Shown piece by piece: positions 43,653 through 56,281 of a stretch of DNA of 64,000 nucleotides. Numbering within the stretch: position 1 is the stretch's first letter; each line of letters starts with the position of its first letter. Position numbers and translations under genes: made by a program. Under the pieces are notes generated by a model, which saw only the letters and a list, made by a program, of their open reading frames with translations, was not told the DNA's origin and made no database searches. The stretch comes from Cladosporium halotolerans (Eukaryota): positions 434,001-498,000 of the forward strand of contig NW_027191456.1 of assembly GCF_011745625.1 (NCBI RefSeq), in the 5' to 3' direction.

Positions 43653-46600
43653 ATGCAGCGCCCAACCGTCGCGGACCTGACGAGCGACGAGAATCCCTAC
43701 GCCCAGACAGCGCGCAGGAATTGGCTGGCTGCAAAATCGCCAAAGGTCCTCCCGAACGTGGTGAAGGACGAGCTCTACGACAAGCTTGAGGCCTCGGGCT
43801 TTCCCTACAACCAGCTGCTGCTGCTGGAGCAATTGCAATGCCTGGAGCGCTATCTATGGCCTGGATACACCGATGTCGCCTCGAACCAGCACGTCCTGCT
43901 GCTGGCGCTCCTGGCCAATGTCAAGAGAAGAGAGAACCTGCCGGTCTGGACCCTCTTCGGTGAGCGGTCAGATGCGTTCACCACATTTTTCAAGCGTGTA
44001 CTGCACATGAGCATCGACACTTCGTTGCCCATCGGGACGCGAACACATCTACTCTCGTTCATCATCGGCGCATTCCAATCGCTCGATTCTGGTATCGTGC
44101 GCAAAGAATGTGCTCCTCTGGTTGGCATTTCGATCTGGCACACCCTGCACTCTGGAATTGAGAGGGAGAAGATCTTGGCAAAGAGCAATGCGTTACAGAA
44201 GGCATGGAGGGCATCTGGGAAAAGGTTCGATCAAGCTGATTCGGTCGGACAAGCGCGCCTTCGCTTTGAGAGGAGCTGGCTTTTCACTTTGATCTTGGAC
44301 TTCCTTGACATTCTATACGGCAATGCCACAGGCGATCAGCGAAAGGACAATCTGCGCTACTGTGAACGCTTCGTGGAACTTCTCTGCGACCTTCAGTCGC
44401 AATTGCCGACAAGACGCTATGTGAACACGCTTCTTCGTGACCTGCACACTCTGCCAGCTGCTCGTCTGTCGCCGCTGTATCAGGATGAAGATAGTGGTCT
44501 GTTTAGGGAAATGCTTGAGCTGCTGGCACATTATACCTCGTTCCCGATCGATGACCACAGCGGGCGTCAGCTCAGTAGACAGGAGCACGACGAAGACAAC
44601 AATGCCCGGATTGCGCGCTTGCAGAAGGCTGCATTGCAGCGACACCCGGAGAAATTGAAGATCCTGGTTCTGGCCAACTTTGGTCTTCTGGCACAAAGAG
44701 AGGAGCTTCTCGGTCACATCGAAGTCCTTTCGGACGCGGAGATACTTGGTATCCTACAGGAACTTGGCCTGCGATCTTCATATCCCGAGAAGTCTTTAAT
44801 TGTCCAAGACCGGGCTTTCCTCCTGGACGTGCTCGTCTCGGCATTGGAGGTCAAGCCATACTATACCGATGTCCTCCGCAAGATGACAACCATGCCGACA
44901 GAGAAGGTGCTTTACGACAAAGCTTTGATCAGAACGGACGGCTATGATGGCAACAGCCCGTTGGCGATCCCGAAAGTCAATTTGCAGTATCTGACGGCCG
45001 GAGACTTCCTTTGGCGGTCATTCGTCCTCTACAGATCAGAGGCGTTTTTCGAGATTCGCAAACACATTGAAGATACGATCAAACGACTCCGACCGAGAAG
45101 CCAAGCATCAGGGATCACGAGATTCGATGGGTTTTCGCGAATGGCTATTCCTATCAGCAAACCGGCCATAATCGAAACGCTGCCTCCGAACGTTGGCGAA
45201 GACTCTCCTGCAGAAGTGAAATCAGAGGTGATCTTGGACGTGAGCAGACTTCAGCCCGGATTGAGGCAGGAATGGGAAGGGTTGAGGGTGGGTGATGTTG
45301 TTTTCCTCCTTGCTGTCCAACCCGATGATCGATCGTTGGCCAATGGACATGCATCTGCGGACGCTGCAGCAGATGCAGCAAAGCTTGGTCTGAAAGCTGT
45401 CCGGTGCGCCGAACTCATCAGTGTTCTGGATGAAAACGGCAAGATGCTGCGCCGGGAGAACATGCGTGGAAACGATGACAGCCGCCCAAGGCAACGAAGA
45501 TTACTTCTCCGGCTAGACTCTTCTGCGTACAAGCAAGATGAAGAACGATCAAAGGGCGACGCGATGAACGGATTCAATTTAGTCGTGCGTCGTAGGTCAA
45601 GGGAGAACAACTTCAAGGCCGTGCTGGAAAGCATCAAGGACCTTGCGGTCTCAGATGTTCCTTTGCCCGATTGGCTTCAGGATGTCTTCCTCGGATACGG
45701 CGACCCAGCGACTGCCAGCTACCAGCGACTGCCGAACAAGCTGAAAAGTGTTGATTATCGCGACACTTTTGTGGACTGGCAACATCTAGTTGAATCACTC
45801 CCTGGGAAAACCATCGAACCAGACCCCAGCAGGGATGGCTCTTTCCCTCCTCCTTACGTGCTGGAGTACTCATCAACCACCGATCCCGTCCCTGCACCAA
45901 GGCCCGCCAAGCGCAGAAAGCGCGATACGCCAGCTGGACCCGAAACCTTGGCTCCAGCAGTCGAGGCGCTGAAAGTCACTACATACGACCCGCCCAACAA
46001 CGGCCCGTACCCAACCGACGCACCCAAGGTTAATGGCGTGCGGTTCACGCCAACTCAGATCGAAGCAGTCACAGCCGGCACTCAGCCAGGTCTGAGTCTT
46101 GTTGTCGGTCCTCCTGGAACGGGTAAGACTGATGTTGCCACACAAATCATCAGCAACATCTACCACAATTTCCCCCAGCAGCGAACACTGTTGATCGCGC
46201 ATTCCAATCAAGCTTTGAACCAACTCTTTCAAAAGATCACGGCCCTCGACATTGACGAGCGACACTTGCTGAGACTTGGACATGGCGAAGAAGAACTCGA
46301 GACCGAAGCATCCTTTTCCAAGGCTGGTAGAATTGAGAGCTTTATGGAGAAAGCAGCCATTGATCTGGCTGCCGTCCAGAGACTAGCTGATTCAATCAGT
46401 GCACCTGGTGCGCATGGCAGTAGCTGTGAAACGGCTGCTTATTTTGATGAGGTGTATGTGCAGCCGCTATGGAAGCGTTTCTGGGCTGCTATTGAGAGCT
46501 CCGAGGCGGCAGAGGATGTGGCGGCCAACTTCCCCTTTCATTACTTCTTCGCCAACGCACCTCAACCTCTCTTTTCGCCCAACGTTGACCGCGATACTCT

Positions 46601-47927
46601 GCTTGAAGTTGCTCGTGGTTGTGAACGACACATTCGCCGAATCTTTGCGGAACTAGAGGATATCCGTCCTTTCGAGATCCTGCACAATCAACGAGACAAA
46701 GCCAACTATCTCCTGGTTAAGGAGGCTCGCATCGTTGCCATGACATCAACACATGCAGCCATGCGCCGGCAAGAAATAACAGCTCTGGGCTTCCACTATG
46801 ATAACGTGGTAATGGAAGAAGCTGCTCAGTTGACTGAAGTGGAGAACTTTATCCCTCTTGCGCTTCAAGAACCAACGATCACCAAAGACGGCAGGCTCGT
46901 CGAGAAGAACCTCAAGCGGATCGTACTGGTAGGAGACCACCTGCAAAATTCGCCTATCGTGCAGAACGCTGCGTTCAAGTCTTACGCCAACCTAGAGCAG
47001 TCGCTCTTCCTGCGATTGGTCCGCCTCGGTGTGCCGGTCACCATGCTTGACGCCCAGGGCCGTGCTCGTCCATCTATCGCAGCGCTGTACAAATGGCGCT
47101 ACCCGCATCTCACCAACTTGCCGATCACCTCTACCGACCCAGTCTTCCAACGCGCGAACGCTGGCCTCCGCTACGATTTCCAATTCATCGACGTTCCAGA
47201 TTACAAGGATCAAGGCGAAACAGAACCCTCTCCTCACTTCATCCAGAACCTAGGCGAGGCCGAGTACGCCGTCGCATTGTACCAGTACATGCGCCTCCTC
47301 GGCTACCCAGCCGCGAAAATCAGCATCCTGGCGTCGTACGCGGGCCAGCGGGCGCTGATCAGAGACGTGCTCAGCCATCGCTGCAAGGGCAACCGCTTGT
47401 TCGGCATGCCCGGCTGGGTCGGCACGGTGGACAAGTACCAGGGCGAGCAGAACGACTATATCATCCTGTCTCTGACGCGAACCAAGAGCGCCGGCTACTT
47501 GCGCGACCTGCGCAGGCTCACTGTCGCCCTGTCCCGTGCGAGGCTAGGTTTGTACGTTTTCGGCCGCAGGGAGGTCTTCGAGAGCAGCTTGGAGCTGAGG
47601 CAGGCTTTCGAGGGTCTGTTTGCTCGCTCGAATACGCTTGCGCTCGCGCCTGGGGAGATGTTCCCTGCTACTCGCGGGGTTGACGATGAGGTTGACGCTA
47701 CGGAAATGCAAGGTGTGGAACACCTCGGACAGTACGTCTACGAGATGACGAAAGCGAAGGTAGAGGACTTGAAGCGCAGCGGACAAGGTCTGCCGGCCGC
47801 AGAACAGGAAGTCCAAGGCCAGGTGGAGGACGATGATGAAGACGAGGACGGCGACGGAGCTCCGGCGGAGGACTTAGTCGTCGACGGCGAAGGGGAGATC
47901 GAGATGGGTGATGGGCAGGTTATGTAA
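43653..47927 (+). CDS. AQR: Intron-binding spliceosomal SF1 helicase Aquarius (AQR/IBP160/Cwf11), about 1424 aa
   Basis: LERYLWP, DLQSQLPTRRY, Walker A GPPGTGKT, HSNQALNQLF, MEEAAQ, VDKYQGEQND, ALSRARLGLY. Intronless; first ATG at 43653. Confidence 0.95.
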   Translation: MQRPTVADLTSDENPYAQTARRNWLAAKSPKVLPNVVKDELYDKLEASGFPYNQLLLLEQLQCLERYLWPGYTDVASNQHVLLLALLANVKRRENLPVWTLFGERSDAFTTFFKRVLHMSIDTSLPIGTRTHLLSFIIGAFQSLDSGIVRKECAPLVGISIWHTLHSGIEREKILAKSNALQKAWRASGKRFDQADSVGQARLRFERSWLFTLILDFLDILYGNATGDQRKDNLRYCERFVELLCDLQSQLPTRRYVNTLLRDLHTLPAARLSPLYQDEDSGLFREMLELLAHYTSFPIDDHSGRQLSRQEHDEDNNARIARLQKAALQRHPEKLKILVLANFGLLAQREELLGHIEVLSDAEILGILQELGLRSSYPEKSLIVQDRAFLLDVLVSALEVKPYYTDVLRKMTTMPTEKVLYDKALIRTDGYDGNSPLAIPKVNLQYLTAGDFLWRSFVLYRSEAFFEIRKHIEDTIKRLRPRSQASGITRFDGFSRMAIPISKPAIIETLPPNVGEDSPAEVKSEVILDVSRLQPGLRQEWEGLRVGDVVFLLAVQPDDRSLANGHASADAAADAAKLGLKAVRCAELISVLDENGKMLRRENMRGNDDSRPRQRRLLLRLDSSAYKQDEERSKGDAMNGFNLVVRRRSRENNFKAVLESIKDLAVSDVPLPDWLQDVFLGYGDPATASYQRLPNKLKSVDYRDTFVDWQHLVESLPGKTIEPDPSRDGSFPPPYVLEYSSTTDPVPAPRPAKRRKRDTPAGPETLAPAVEALKVTTYDPPNNGPYPTDAPKVNGVRFTPTQIEAVTAGTQPGLSLVVGPPGTGKTDVATQIISNIYHNFPQQRTLLIAHSNQALNQLFQKITALDIDERHLLRLGHGEEELETEASFSKAGRIESFMEKAAIDLAAVQRLADSISAPGAHGSSCETAAYFDEVYVQPLWKRFWAAIESSEAAEDVAANFPFHYFFANAPQPLFSPNVDRDTLLEVARGCERHIRRIFAELEDIRPFEILHNQRDKANYLLVKEARIVAMTSTHAAMRRQEITALGFHYDNVVMEEAAQLTEVENFIPLALQEPTITKDGRLVEKNLKRIVLVGDHLQNSPIVQNAAFKSYANLEQSLFLRLVRLGVPVTMLDAQGRARPSIAALYKWRYPHLTNLPITSTDPVFQRANAGLRYDFQFIDVPDYKDQGETEPSPHFIQNLGEAEYAVALYQYMRLLGYPAAKISILASYAGQRALIRDVLSHRCKGNRLFGMPGWVGTVDKYQGEQNDYIILSLTRTKSAGYLRDLRRLTVALSRARLGLYVFGRREVFESSLELRQAFEGLFARSNTLALAPGEMFPATRGVDDEVDATEMQGVEHLGQYVYEMTKAKVEDLKRSGQGLPAAEQEVQGQVEDDDEDEDGDGAPAEDLVVDGEGEIEMGDGQVM

Positions 47928-49312
47928 AACGTAGATACCCTCATATATGTATTCCTCACTATCTGTACACCACGTTTAGGTCCCGCTCCATGCGTGTCGA
48001 AGATCGGGAAAAGTTCGGCCTTCTAGTTGGAGCTCTCTGGCCTCGGAGACAGCTCTTCGGTGATGTTCTGAGGGTCTTTCCATGCAAGAGCCACAAATCT
48101 TTGTCACGAGGTCAGTTGTGGTTCATGCGCGCCGAGTGGAGGTGCTGCTTCTTACTTCGTGTGGCTGCCACGCGCCACGAGCTCTTGTTGCTCGTTCATA
48201 AAGCGGATAGAGGTGTAGGCAAGCGTCTTGCCAACTACAAGAACAAAGGTAAGCCATTGATACATTGAGGGCAAGAAGCAGCTCAGTCCACGGACATTTG
48301 TCGCAGGTCACCTCGGCCCGAATCACGTCTCCGATCTTTCCGCCTGAGGCTAGGTAGGTGACTATTCATATGTGTTAGACACAATCATGGGCCACAGAAG
48401 GTTTCCAATGGCTCGCGCATACCACTCAAATCAGTGGACACACCCGTCGCAAATAGGCCGCGGGAGGCGACGGCCAGGGACCCGCCCAAGTCTGTCATGC
48501 AGGCGAGAGTACCGCCATGGAGGATGTTGAGACGATTCTGTTTGAGCGGAGATGAGAGAGTCAGCCGCCAGTTCTCTGAGTCGGTATTGCTTTTTCTTGG
48601 TGTTAAGATGAAGTACCGTGTGCTCTTTTTTTATGTCTAGCTCGAAGTTAACAGTGCCCGGGCGAGCGGCAGTTACACGCAGCTAGAGCATCACTTCCTG
48701 TCAGCAGCCACACGCATCAGACGGTGGTATTTGCTCATCGCTCACGCCATCAAGAAGTCTGCAGCAGTGTCAACATTCCTCTTCTTCTTTTAGCATTGAT
48801 GATGAACACGGGCATCTTGTTAGTCGAACGTACCGAGGTTCAAGGCCGGAGTTGGCTCGAAAGGATTCCCAAACCTGATCGCATGTGTCAGTATCCTGAG
48901 ACTCGTCGCAGTATATCAAAAGTAGACTTACCGATCGTACAAATTTCACAGCTGCCATCTTGTTACTGTGAAGAATCTAGATCGAAGCGGGTATGCATCG
49001 ATGGGTGAGCCTTGTAGGAGAGATGAGGTTGATGGTCTTGGCAGAGGGACGGCCAGCTCGGCATCAGACTTCGAAAGCCGACGGCATCAACAACAATCCA
49101 TCGACACGGGCTGACATGGACACGATGTAATCACGGCCCCATTACTTTGTTCTCAGCAAAAAATGATAAGGTCTTCGAAAAATCTTTGCTTCTCATGTCT
49201 TCGTTCTGTCGTTCCTCATTTAAATACATCCTCTCATTGATACACGCTAACGCTCCAAACAATACTCATCGTGCCACGCGTTCACAACCCGCGACAGAGG
49301 CCGACTACAACT

Positions 49313-50996
49313 TTACTGCGACTTCCGACCGCAACCACCCTCGTGATTGTGCTTGTGCAGAGGCACGCTCCTCTTCTTGTTGGCAGTCACGGTGGTGTTG
49401 GCCGGTCCCAAGCTCTCGAAGCTAGTGGCGTACTCGGCAACCGCAGCGGCGATAGCCTTAGTATTCCACTCAAAAGCATCGAAAGCCAGGTTGGTCATGT
49501 TGTCGCCGACTTGGTGGTAGTTGACATCGTAAGCCACTCCAGCCTCGCCGCCGAACAGCTCGGCCTCCTCTTCGGTCTTGACGACCTCAGCGCCGGTGAA
49601 GAGACCGCCAGAAGCGATACCGCGGTCGAGGAAACCGGCGTAATCACTGCGGCCACTGAAGTCGGTTGGGACAGAGTTTAGATCGTTGGCGGCGAAAAAG
49701 TCCTCGAAGAACTTCTCAGCCTCGGCGCTGCCAGCGGGACCAGTCTGGTTGAAAGCGCTTCCGTCACCATCGTAGATGCCGAGGATGTAGTTGGGCGAGG
49801 CAATCATGTCAAAGTTCAGGTACAGACGGATCTTGGAGGCCTCTTCGGCGGACAAGTTCTCGGTGTAATGGTAGCTGCCGAGGAGACCGAATTCCTCGGC
49901 GGCCCAGAAGCCAATGCGGACAGCGTTGTTGACAGCGTAGCCGGTCAACTGCTCGGCGACTTCCAAAATGCCAACAATACCGGAGCCGTCGTCGTTGATG
50001 CCAGGTCCTTCTTGGACCGAGTCACTGTGGCCGCCAATGACAAGGACGGAGTCTTTGCTTCCACCAACGGTCTCTGCAATCACGTTCTCACTACATAAAG
50101 TCAGTAAGAAATCAAAATGCGTTCTCAAATGGGTAGACTTACACTGTGATGTTGTACAGATCGCTGTCAATGTCGAGAGTGGCTTCAATGGCCTCGCCTC
50201 CAGTGATGCGCTCAATCCAGGAAGTGGCGTTGGCCTGCGAGACGCCGAGAGTGGGAACGTATTCACCCTCTGGACGAGGAGGCGGGCCAAGAGTGCCACT
50301 CCCGAGCGGCTCGGGAGCATTGTTATAGATGATGGCACCCGAAGCGCCTGCAACACCGGCAAGCGCCGACTTCTGACCAAATGGGCAGGTGCCACGCGAG
50401 ATCAAGGCAATATTGCCTTCGACTTCGGCCGGGTAATCGGATGCCTCGCAACCGAGGTTGTTCACGGGAACGAGCTCAGCGGTGACGGTGCCACCAGGAG
50501 AGTACTCGAAGAATGAAGGCTCAAAAGTCGATCCATCGACGGTAATGTCTCCTTCCACGTTGCTATACAGGGCGGTGAACGGCTGTCTATAGACGGTCCA
50601 GTAATCGCCGAGGCGCTCGATGTTCTCGACGAGCCAGTCTACGGTATTGTTGTGGCCACCCGACCCGATCACACGGTTACGGTCTGGCGTGGCGTAGGCG
50701 ATATCTTCCAGCTGCTGAGCTTTAGCCCTCAAGGCGTCTACTGAAATGGCGTCTTGGAGAGCTTGAGAGTCGACTGGTGGCATTCCGGTAGGCTCTGCGG
50801 TAGACGTCGAAGATGCGCCAGTCTTGGTCTTGGTGGGCTTGCCCGTCGGGTAGTGAGGAGGCTTGGGAGGCTTCTTGGTTGGGCCATGATGAGGTGGCTG
50901 AGGGTGCTTTGGCTTGTCTGGGTGGCCTGGTTTGGGAGGCTCGACCGCAGATGCAAGGCCAATGCTGGCTGCAAGGATGGCGGCAGCGACCTTCAT
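49313..50996 (-). CDS. Secreted M28 aminopeptidase with PA domain (aminopeptidase Y / Lap2-like), about 543 aa
   Basis: Signal peptide MKVAAAILAASIGLASA. PA domain (IALISRGTCPFGQKS). Zinc-ligand motifs GGHSDSV, GINDDGSG, AEEFGLLGS, LNFDMI, NYHQ. Intron 50091-50142. Confidence 0.92.
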
Positions 50997-52081
50997 GATT
51001 CGATTGATAGCTAGGGGTAAACGATATTGGAGCAGCACAAACTGAATCTGGGGACCAGAAACACGATCGAAGAAGGGAGAGAGTACTTATACTTCGCTTG
51101 TCTCAGAGCGGTCTAAAGCAAGGCAGATCGTCGGAGACGTACTTGCGTCTGCAGCGAAAGGCAAGAACGTTCCTCGAAAAGGAAGGCGTCCCTTGCGATA
51201 ACGTGACAATGCCCCCGTGTCGCCGGTGTAGTATCAGCGGCTTTTTGCCAAGTAGCTAATAACAAGGCCAGAGTCGTATGGTCGGACGGATTTCTAGCTG
51301 AACATAGCAGGTGATGAATTTTGCCCAGAGTCGCCAAGGCGCGGCAACCTGCGGGGAGAGTTGCATTTCTCTTGTTTCTCTTATCGTTCTTGTGGCGGGA
51401 CAAGCCTTTAGTCTGCTTCAGGCAGGACCATGTCGTCGTTGTACGGGCGATATGCATTGTTGGTTTGACGGAGGCGAGGAACGCCATTGACGCTAGATTT
51501 GCACGACGGTCTGGCCGATTCCTCACCACCGCACATCTCCCTAGAACGAACGTCGGACCCCTCCCATCACTCTCAATGTTGCATGTCAGACTTATGCCAT
51601 GTGCACTATCAACTTGAGCTGTGACCCAGAACCAGCAATGCATATGCGGCGTAACCGTTAAGCTTCGTTTGCCGATCGCACGCCACCACTGGATTGTACT
51701 CACATTTACCAAGGTTCTGTGGCACCGATGATCCGAAGCCGTGTCGCAACGATTTACCTGCATTTCTGAGCCACTCACCAATGAAAGACTCGTGAATGGA
51801 ATGCCTTTTGGGAAGTTGAGTGAGAGCTGTCGGCATTGAAAGCAGACATTGTGAAGCTCTCCCACATTCTCCAGCTTTCCGCAACCGCGGTCAAGGGTAG
51901 CACACTATCATCCATTCCAGTCTGTGGGCAATTCATCGTTACTCTGAACGCTACAGGCTACGAGCTTGAGATGAAACTTAGACACATCCCACAACGATTC
52001 GTATGTCACGTCTCGATGAGGGACAGCTTCCAGAATACCTGACGGTAGAAGCTCAAGATACAACAAAAGCTTTCCTGGATT

Positions 52082-54164
52082 TCATCGCCAATCGTCATGA
52101 ATGACTACCGAAACCTCACAAGTCGCAGGGACAGTAAATTGTCGATTCCCTCCAGTCTCCCAGACAGGCTTCTTGTTCTCCGTCCCTTTCAGTACATATT
52201 TGTATTCGAACCTAGTGCCAGCTGGAAGTCTCTCGAAAGTGTACCACAGGGGCTGCTGCTCCGTGTACTTTCCAGCGCTCAAAGCGACAGCTTTTTTGAC
52301 ATCCCAACTGCCGAGCTGCGATATATTGCCGGAGAGGAAGAGATATTGCCCGTATCTCGTTGGCTTGTGCAAATTGAACATGAGCGTGGTAAATGTGGGC
52401 GTAGCACATGGCGGCTTGGCCGTTCTCGAGGGCCAGGCGGTGTTTGTGGCGGTGCTGCAAGGGCCTTTCGCAGACCCGGCGGAGCATGCAAGAGGTAGCT
52501 TAGCCTGAGAGCTTGAGTTTAGTCTCTACCACGTGGGATACAGTGCTTCCAAGCATGAGCACTTACCGCAGATGCACCCCACGAAGCAGGCATGCCGCCG
52601 TTCCGCGCGCTACTCGCTGTCAACAGCGCCGCATAAGACCACGTCAAGTCCTTGGCTGAAGTGGGTCTGCCGTCGTTACGGGAGTACTGTTCAGCAAGCG
52701 AGAAGTGTGTGGGAGTGTACTTTTGCTTTCGAAATGTTAGAACAATCCGGTTTACCACGAGCAACTGACTTACAGCATTTGCCATGAAGCTGTCCGCGTA
52801 CGCCGTAGTAGCATGAAGGACCTCATCAAACTCGGGTGATGCAGAGACGTAGGTTCCGATCGCGGCGCCAGGATAGATGTCTCTGAAGAAACCAAGAGAG
52901 ACTTTGGTGATGGTGACAAAACCGAGCCTTTTCCACTGATAAACTGCCTGGTACAACATTTCAGCCGCGGCGAAGGCACCCAAGTACCTGCGGTTGATCA
53001 GTCAGCACAAACGCATTCACTCGCAATAGCCGGGTTCGCTTACCAAGGGTTCCCACCCATGTACACATCTTCAGAGTACCGACCAACAGCAACACCAACT
53101 CCAGCGGGAATGCCTTTATTGATCGGATAGACAGATCGGAACAAGTCTATGACGGCTTTATGGTTGGCAAGCGCAAGATCTGAGCATGGCTGGAAAGTCG
53201 CAGCATCGCAGCCTACATCGATGTCGAACATGTGAGTGCTGGTGAGTATGCTGTTGATATCCTTACCCGAGCGGCCGCCCTCGGTATTCGAAAGAATGTA
53301 AGATCCGGTCCAATAGCTCTGTAGAAAGCACAGGATCTGCGGAGCCTCGGACTCGCAATGGCTACAACCGTGTCCGATGTCTCTCGCTAGGCGCAAACCT
53401 TCGATAAGAGCGCGATATTGCATAGCGGTCGTGAAGAAAGATGCGCCACGGACTTCTTCCCACAGATCGAAAGTGGACTCGTTCCAATGCTCCGTCACGT
53501 ACGAAAGGTCATTCTGTATGATCGGCCAGATGATCGACGAGACAATGGCGCTCTGATCCTTGGAGATGAGACGGCGTGCATATGCCGTCAGTGCGATCAC
53601 TCGCAAGGCCGGCCCATCTCGCTGCGGCCTGCCCCAATCGCCCGTGAAGGCAGTCTCGTCTACGTTGAACTTCGCTTCGCCGAGTCCGCCTGTGCAGAGA
53701 CCTCCAGATGGGTTCTCGATGCCTTGGATTCTCGCTTGAGCGCTGATGTAATCCTCGATTATCGCTTCGAGGCCAGGAGTTCTGGAGATGATCAGTTCAT
53801 CGATCAGGGACTTGACGGTCAAGGCCGAATCTCTCGTCCAAGTGAAGAAATAGTCAGGATCGGTCTTGGACGGGGATGCTACCACGATGCCAGGCTGAGC
53901 GCCTGCTGCCCGAGGTCCAGATGCACCAATATTGTCAAGAATACTTTGCAGAGCGATAGGACGCTCGTGTGCCAGCCATGAATCTAGACCTATGGTTGTT
54001 GTTGGGTTTCCAGCAAAGGTCAGGACGTTCCCGATTGGATTGGGATTCAGGCGGTATACAGCGGTGATGATAGCGGCTCCAGCGGCAAGTGTAGTCGCAA
54101 GAACCTTCCAAGTGGCATTCTTAGGTCGGGAAACCGTGGCAGGAAGCTCGGACTTGGTCTCCAT
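52082..54164 (-). CDS. Glucoamylase (GH15) with C-terminal CBM20 starch-binding domain, about 638 aa
   Basis: WTRDSAL, WGRPQRDGPALR, DLWEEV (acid), LAEQY (base), DLTWSYAA. CBM20 (LGSWD, FEYKY, WETGGNR, DDWR). Introns 52988-53043, 52726-52773, 52505-52566. Confidence 0.94.
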
Positions 54165-54226
54165 GACTAGACGAAGTATTCCTCAAGACATGATCTGTTA
54201 TTATTCGTTTGTGAGTTTGCTGCCTG

Positions 54227-54240
54227 CCGATGAAGTGCCG
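54227..54240 (-). promoter_or_regulatory. Candidate AmyR-type site CGG-N8-CGG upstream of glucoamylase
   Basis: Plus strand CCGATGAAGTGCCG equals CGG-N8-CGG on the gene strand, 63-76 nt before the ATG. Confidence 0.35.
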
Positions 54241-54704
54241 GTACAGGGAACCCACCATTGTGACATGTGCTTTTTGTTTGCGGCGGGTGCAGTTGCTCGT
54301 GACTTTGTCCTCGTGACGTTCCTGCAGTAGCTCAGATCATAGCTCGCCAGGCGGGAGCGGCGTCAGCTCCGCTTGTCTCTTGGGAGAGGAGAGTCTTGAG
54401 GTTGCGATAATGACCCTACCTGCGTAACAAATGAAGATGTCGTCTGTCGCTACAGTGTACATGTACGCAAATCCCATTTGATTCGTCGGAAGCGCTTTAG
54501 CGGCAACGCACGCGTATTTTTTACGCGATACGTAAACTCCGAGTACCTTGTCTCATATCTGCACTCGGATCCTCACACATCACGAGAACATCAGAGACAA
54601 GACCAGTGAGAGCGAGACTTCACACTCGCTCAAATCTTTCATAGCTGATTGACTATATGTAAGATGGCTCTCGTTGTTCACACCGTGGCGGTTTCTCAAA
54701 AGTG

Positions 54705-56281
54705 CTAAGCGGCTACTGGCTTCACTGCCTGCGGGTAGTAAAAGAGCTCGTTAGGGTCATACACCGCCTTTAAGTTCTGCAACCGAGGCAGGTTCTTCCC
54801 ATAGTAAGCCTTTTGCGCCGTAGTTTGATTGAGCCGAGGATCAGCTAAATTGATGTACATGCCCCAGTCGGACGCTGGCAAAGATGCTGTAACGTTGGAG
54901 ACAAAGTTATCCAGGAAAGAAAAGCCGTTCGAGGGATATGAGCCGAAAAATACTGGGTCGTAGAATTGAATGAGGTAAAGCTTGTCGCGGTGGGCGTAGG
55001 AGGAAGCCGAATGGTCGCCGTTGGTGACTCCGGAGTACTTCCCACCATGGAGGTCAAGTTGGAACCACCAGCCTCGATTGTTGCTCGGGCCGACCTTGAA
55101 CCAGTAGTCGGAGAAACTCTTGGCTGAAGTACCGTTCAGGCCTTTGAGCATCAAGCTTTTGGCGTAAAAGGTTTCTTGCTAATTGACAAGTCAGCGCGAC
55201 GCCTCAAATTAGTGTAGTCTGCGACTTACCATTGAATAGGGAGTTGTAGGATCGATGGGAGCATTGGCGTAATGCGAGAAGGCATCCATCCAGGTGGTGT
55301 TGACAGAAGACTGAAGCTTTAAGCCCGTTTGGTCTAGAAGTGGCTTCAATGCTTCCTTGAGTCCAGCGACACCACCAAAGTACATACCCTCGAAGTTGGT
55401 TTGGAAACTTGAACTGAACATCCGCATGGTCAGGTCAGCGGGCATTACTGTGCTTGTGTAGTTCTCCAGCGTAGCCAAATACCCAGGGGCGGTGGTTGCA
55501 TTCCACCGAGCAGGCATGTTGAAGTAGGTCACTTCAGCTGGCGCAGCGAAAGTTGCGAATTCATAGGAAGTCACGATGCCAAAGTTTGAGCCAGCACCGC
55601 GAAGAGCCCAAAACAGGTCTGTATTCTTTGTCGAGCTGCATTGTGTCATCGTACCGTTGGCGAGTACAACGGTCATGCCGACTATCCAGTCCGCCGCAAG
55701 CCCATACTTGTGAGAACTCATGCCATACCCGCCATGTAGAGCGTGGCCACTCACGCCAACACTGAGTAGAGTCGTCAGTCGTTGAATTTACAAGTGATGA
55801 TATGACCTTACCCTGGACATGTGCCCGCTGAGATTGCTCTCTTGCCTTGTTTGAACAGCTCATTCGCTACGTGCCCGAGCCTAGCTCCAGGTTGTACTGT
55901 GGCGATGTTGGTCGTCTTGTTGAGAGTTACGTTGTACATGCGATCGAGTTGAATCACCAGATGCGAGTCTTCGCCTCCGAGGCCGAACGAAGCATAGGAA
56001 TGACCACCAGATTTCGCAGAGACCCTAACACCAGCTGTGCGGCCGCAATTGACAGAGGCCTGTATTTGAGCGGCGGTGGTAGGCACAGCTACAGCTGCAG
56101 GTTGATATGACAGTCGAGCGTTGAATGGCTTCACGTCGGCGGTCCAATTTGAAGATGTTGCTTTGTCGATCGGTACCGATGCTTGTCTCAAACAGTCGTC
56201 CACGGTAGCCCGCTTGTCGAGTACGGCAGCGGTCCCGGACAGAGCCAGCAGGCTGATGAGAGCGATGAGAGTGGCGAGCAT
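54705..56281 (-). CDS. Secreted FAD-linked oxidase, BBE-like / AA7 gluco-oligosaccharide oxidase type, about 491 aa
   Basis: Signal peptide. KSGGHSY (His) and [19 protein letters not shown] (Cys) are the bicovalent FAD sites. [16 protein letters not shown] tail [18 protein letters not shown]. Introns 55762-55811 and 55179-55229. Confidence 0.9.

Noticed and set aside
1..47927. TOR, def1, eIF4G, THOC1, csm3 and AQR as a functional gene-expression cluster
   Set aside because: They are interspersed with unrelated genes; ordinary housekeeping neighbourhood unless synteny shows otherwise.
51113..51865. 250-aa minus-strand ORF between the peptidase and glucoamylase
   Set aside because: Non-ATG start, no codon bias and no recognisable domain.
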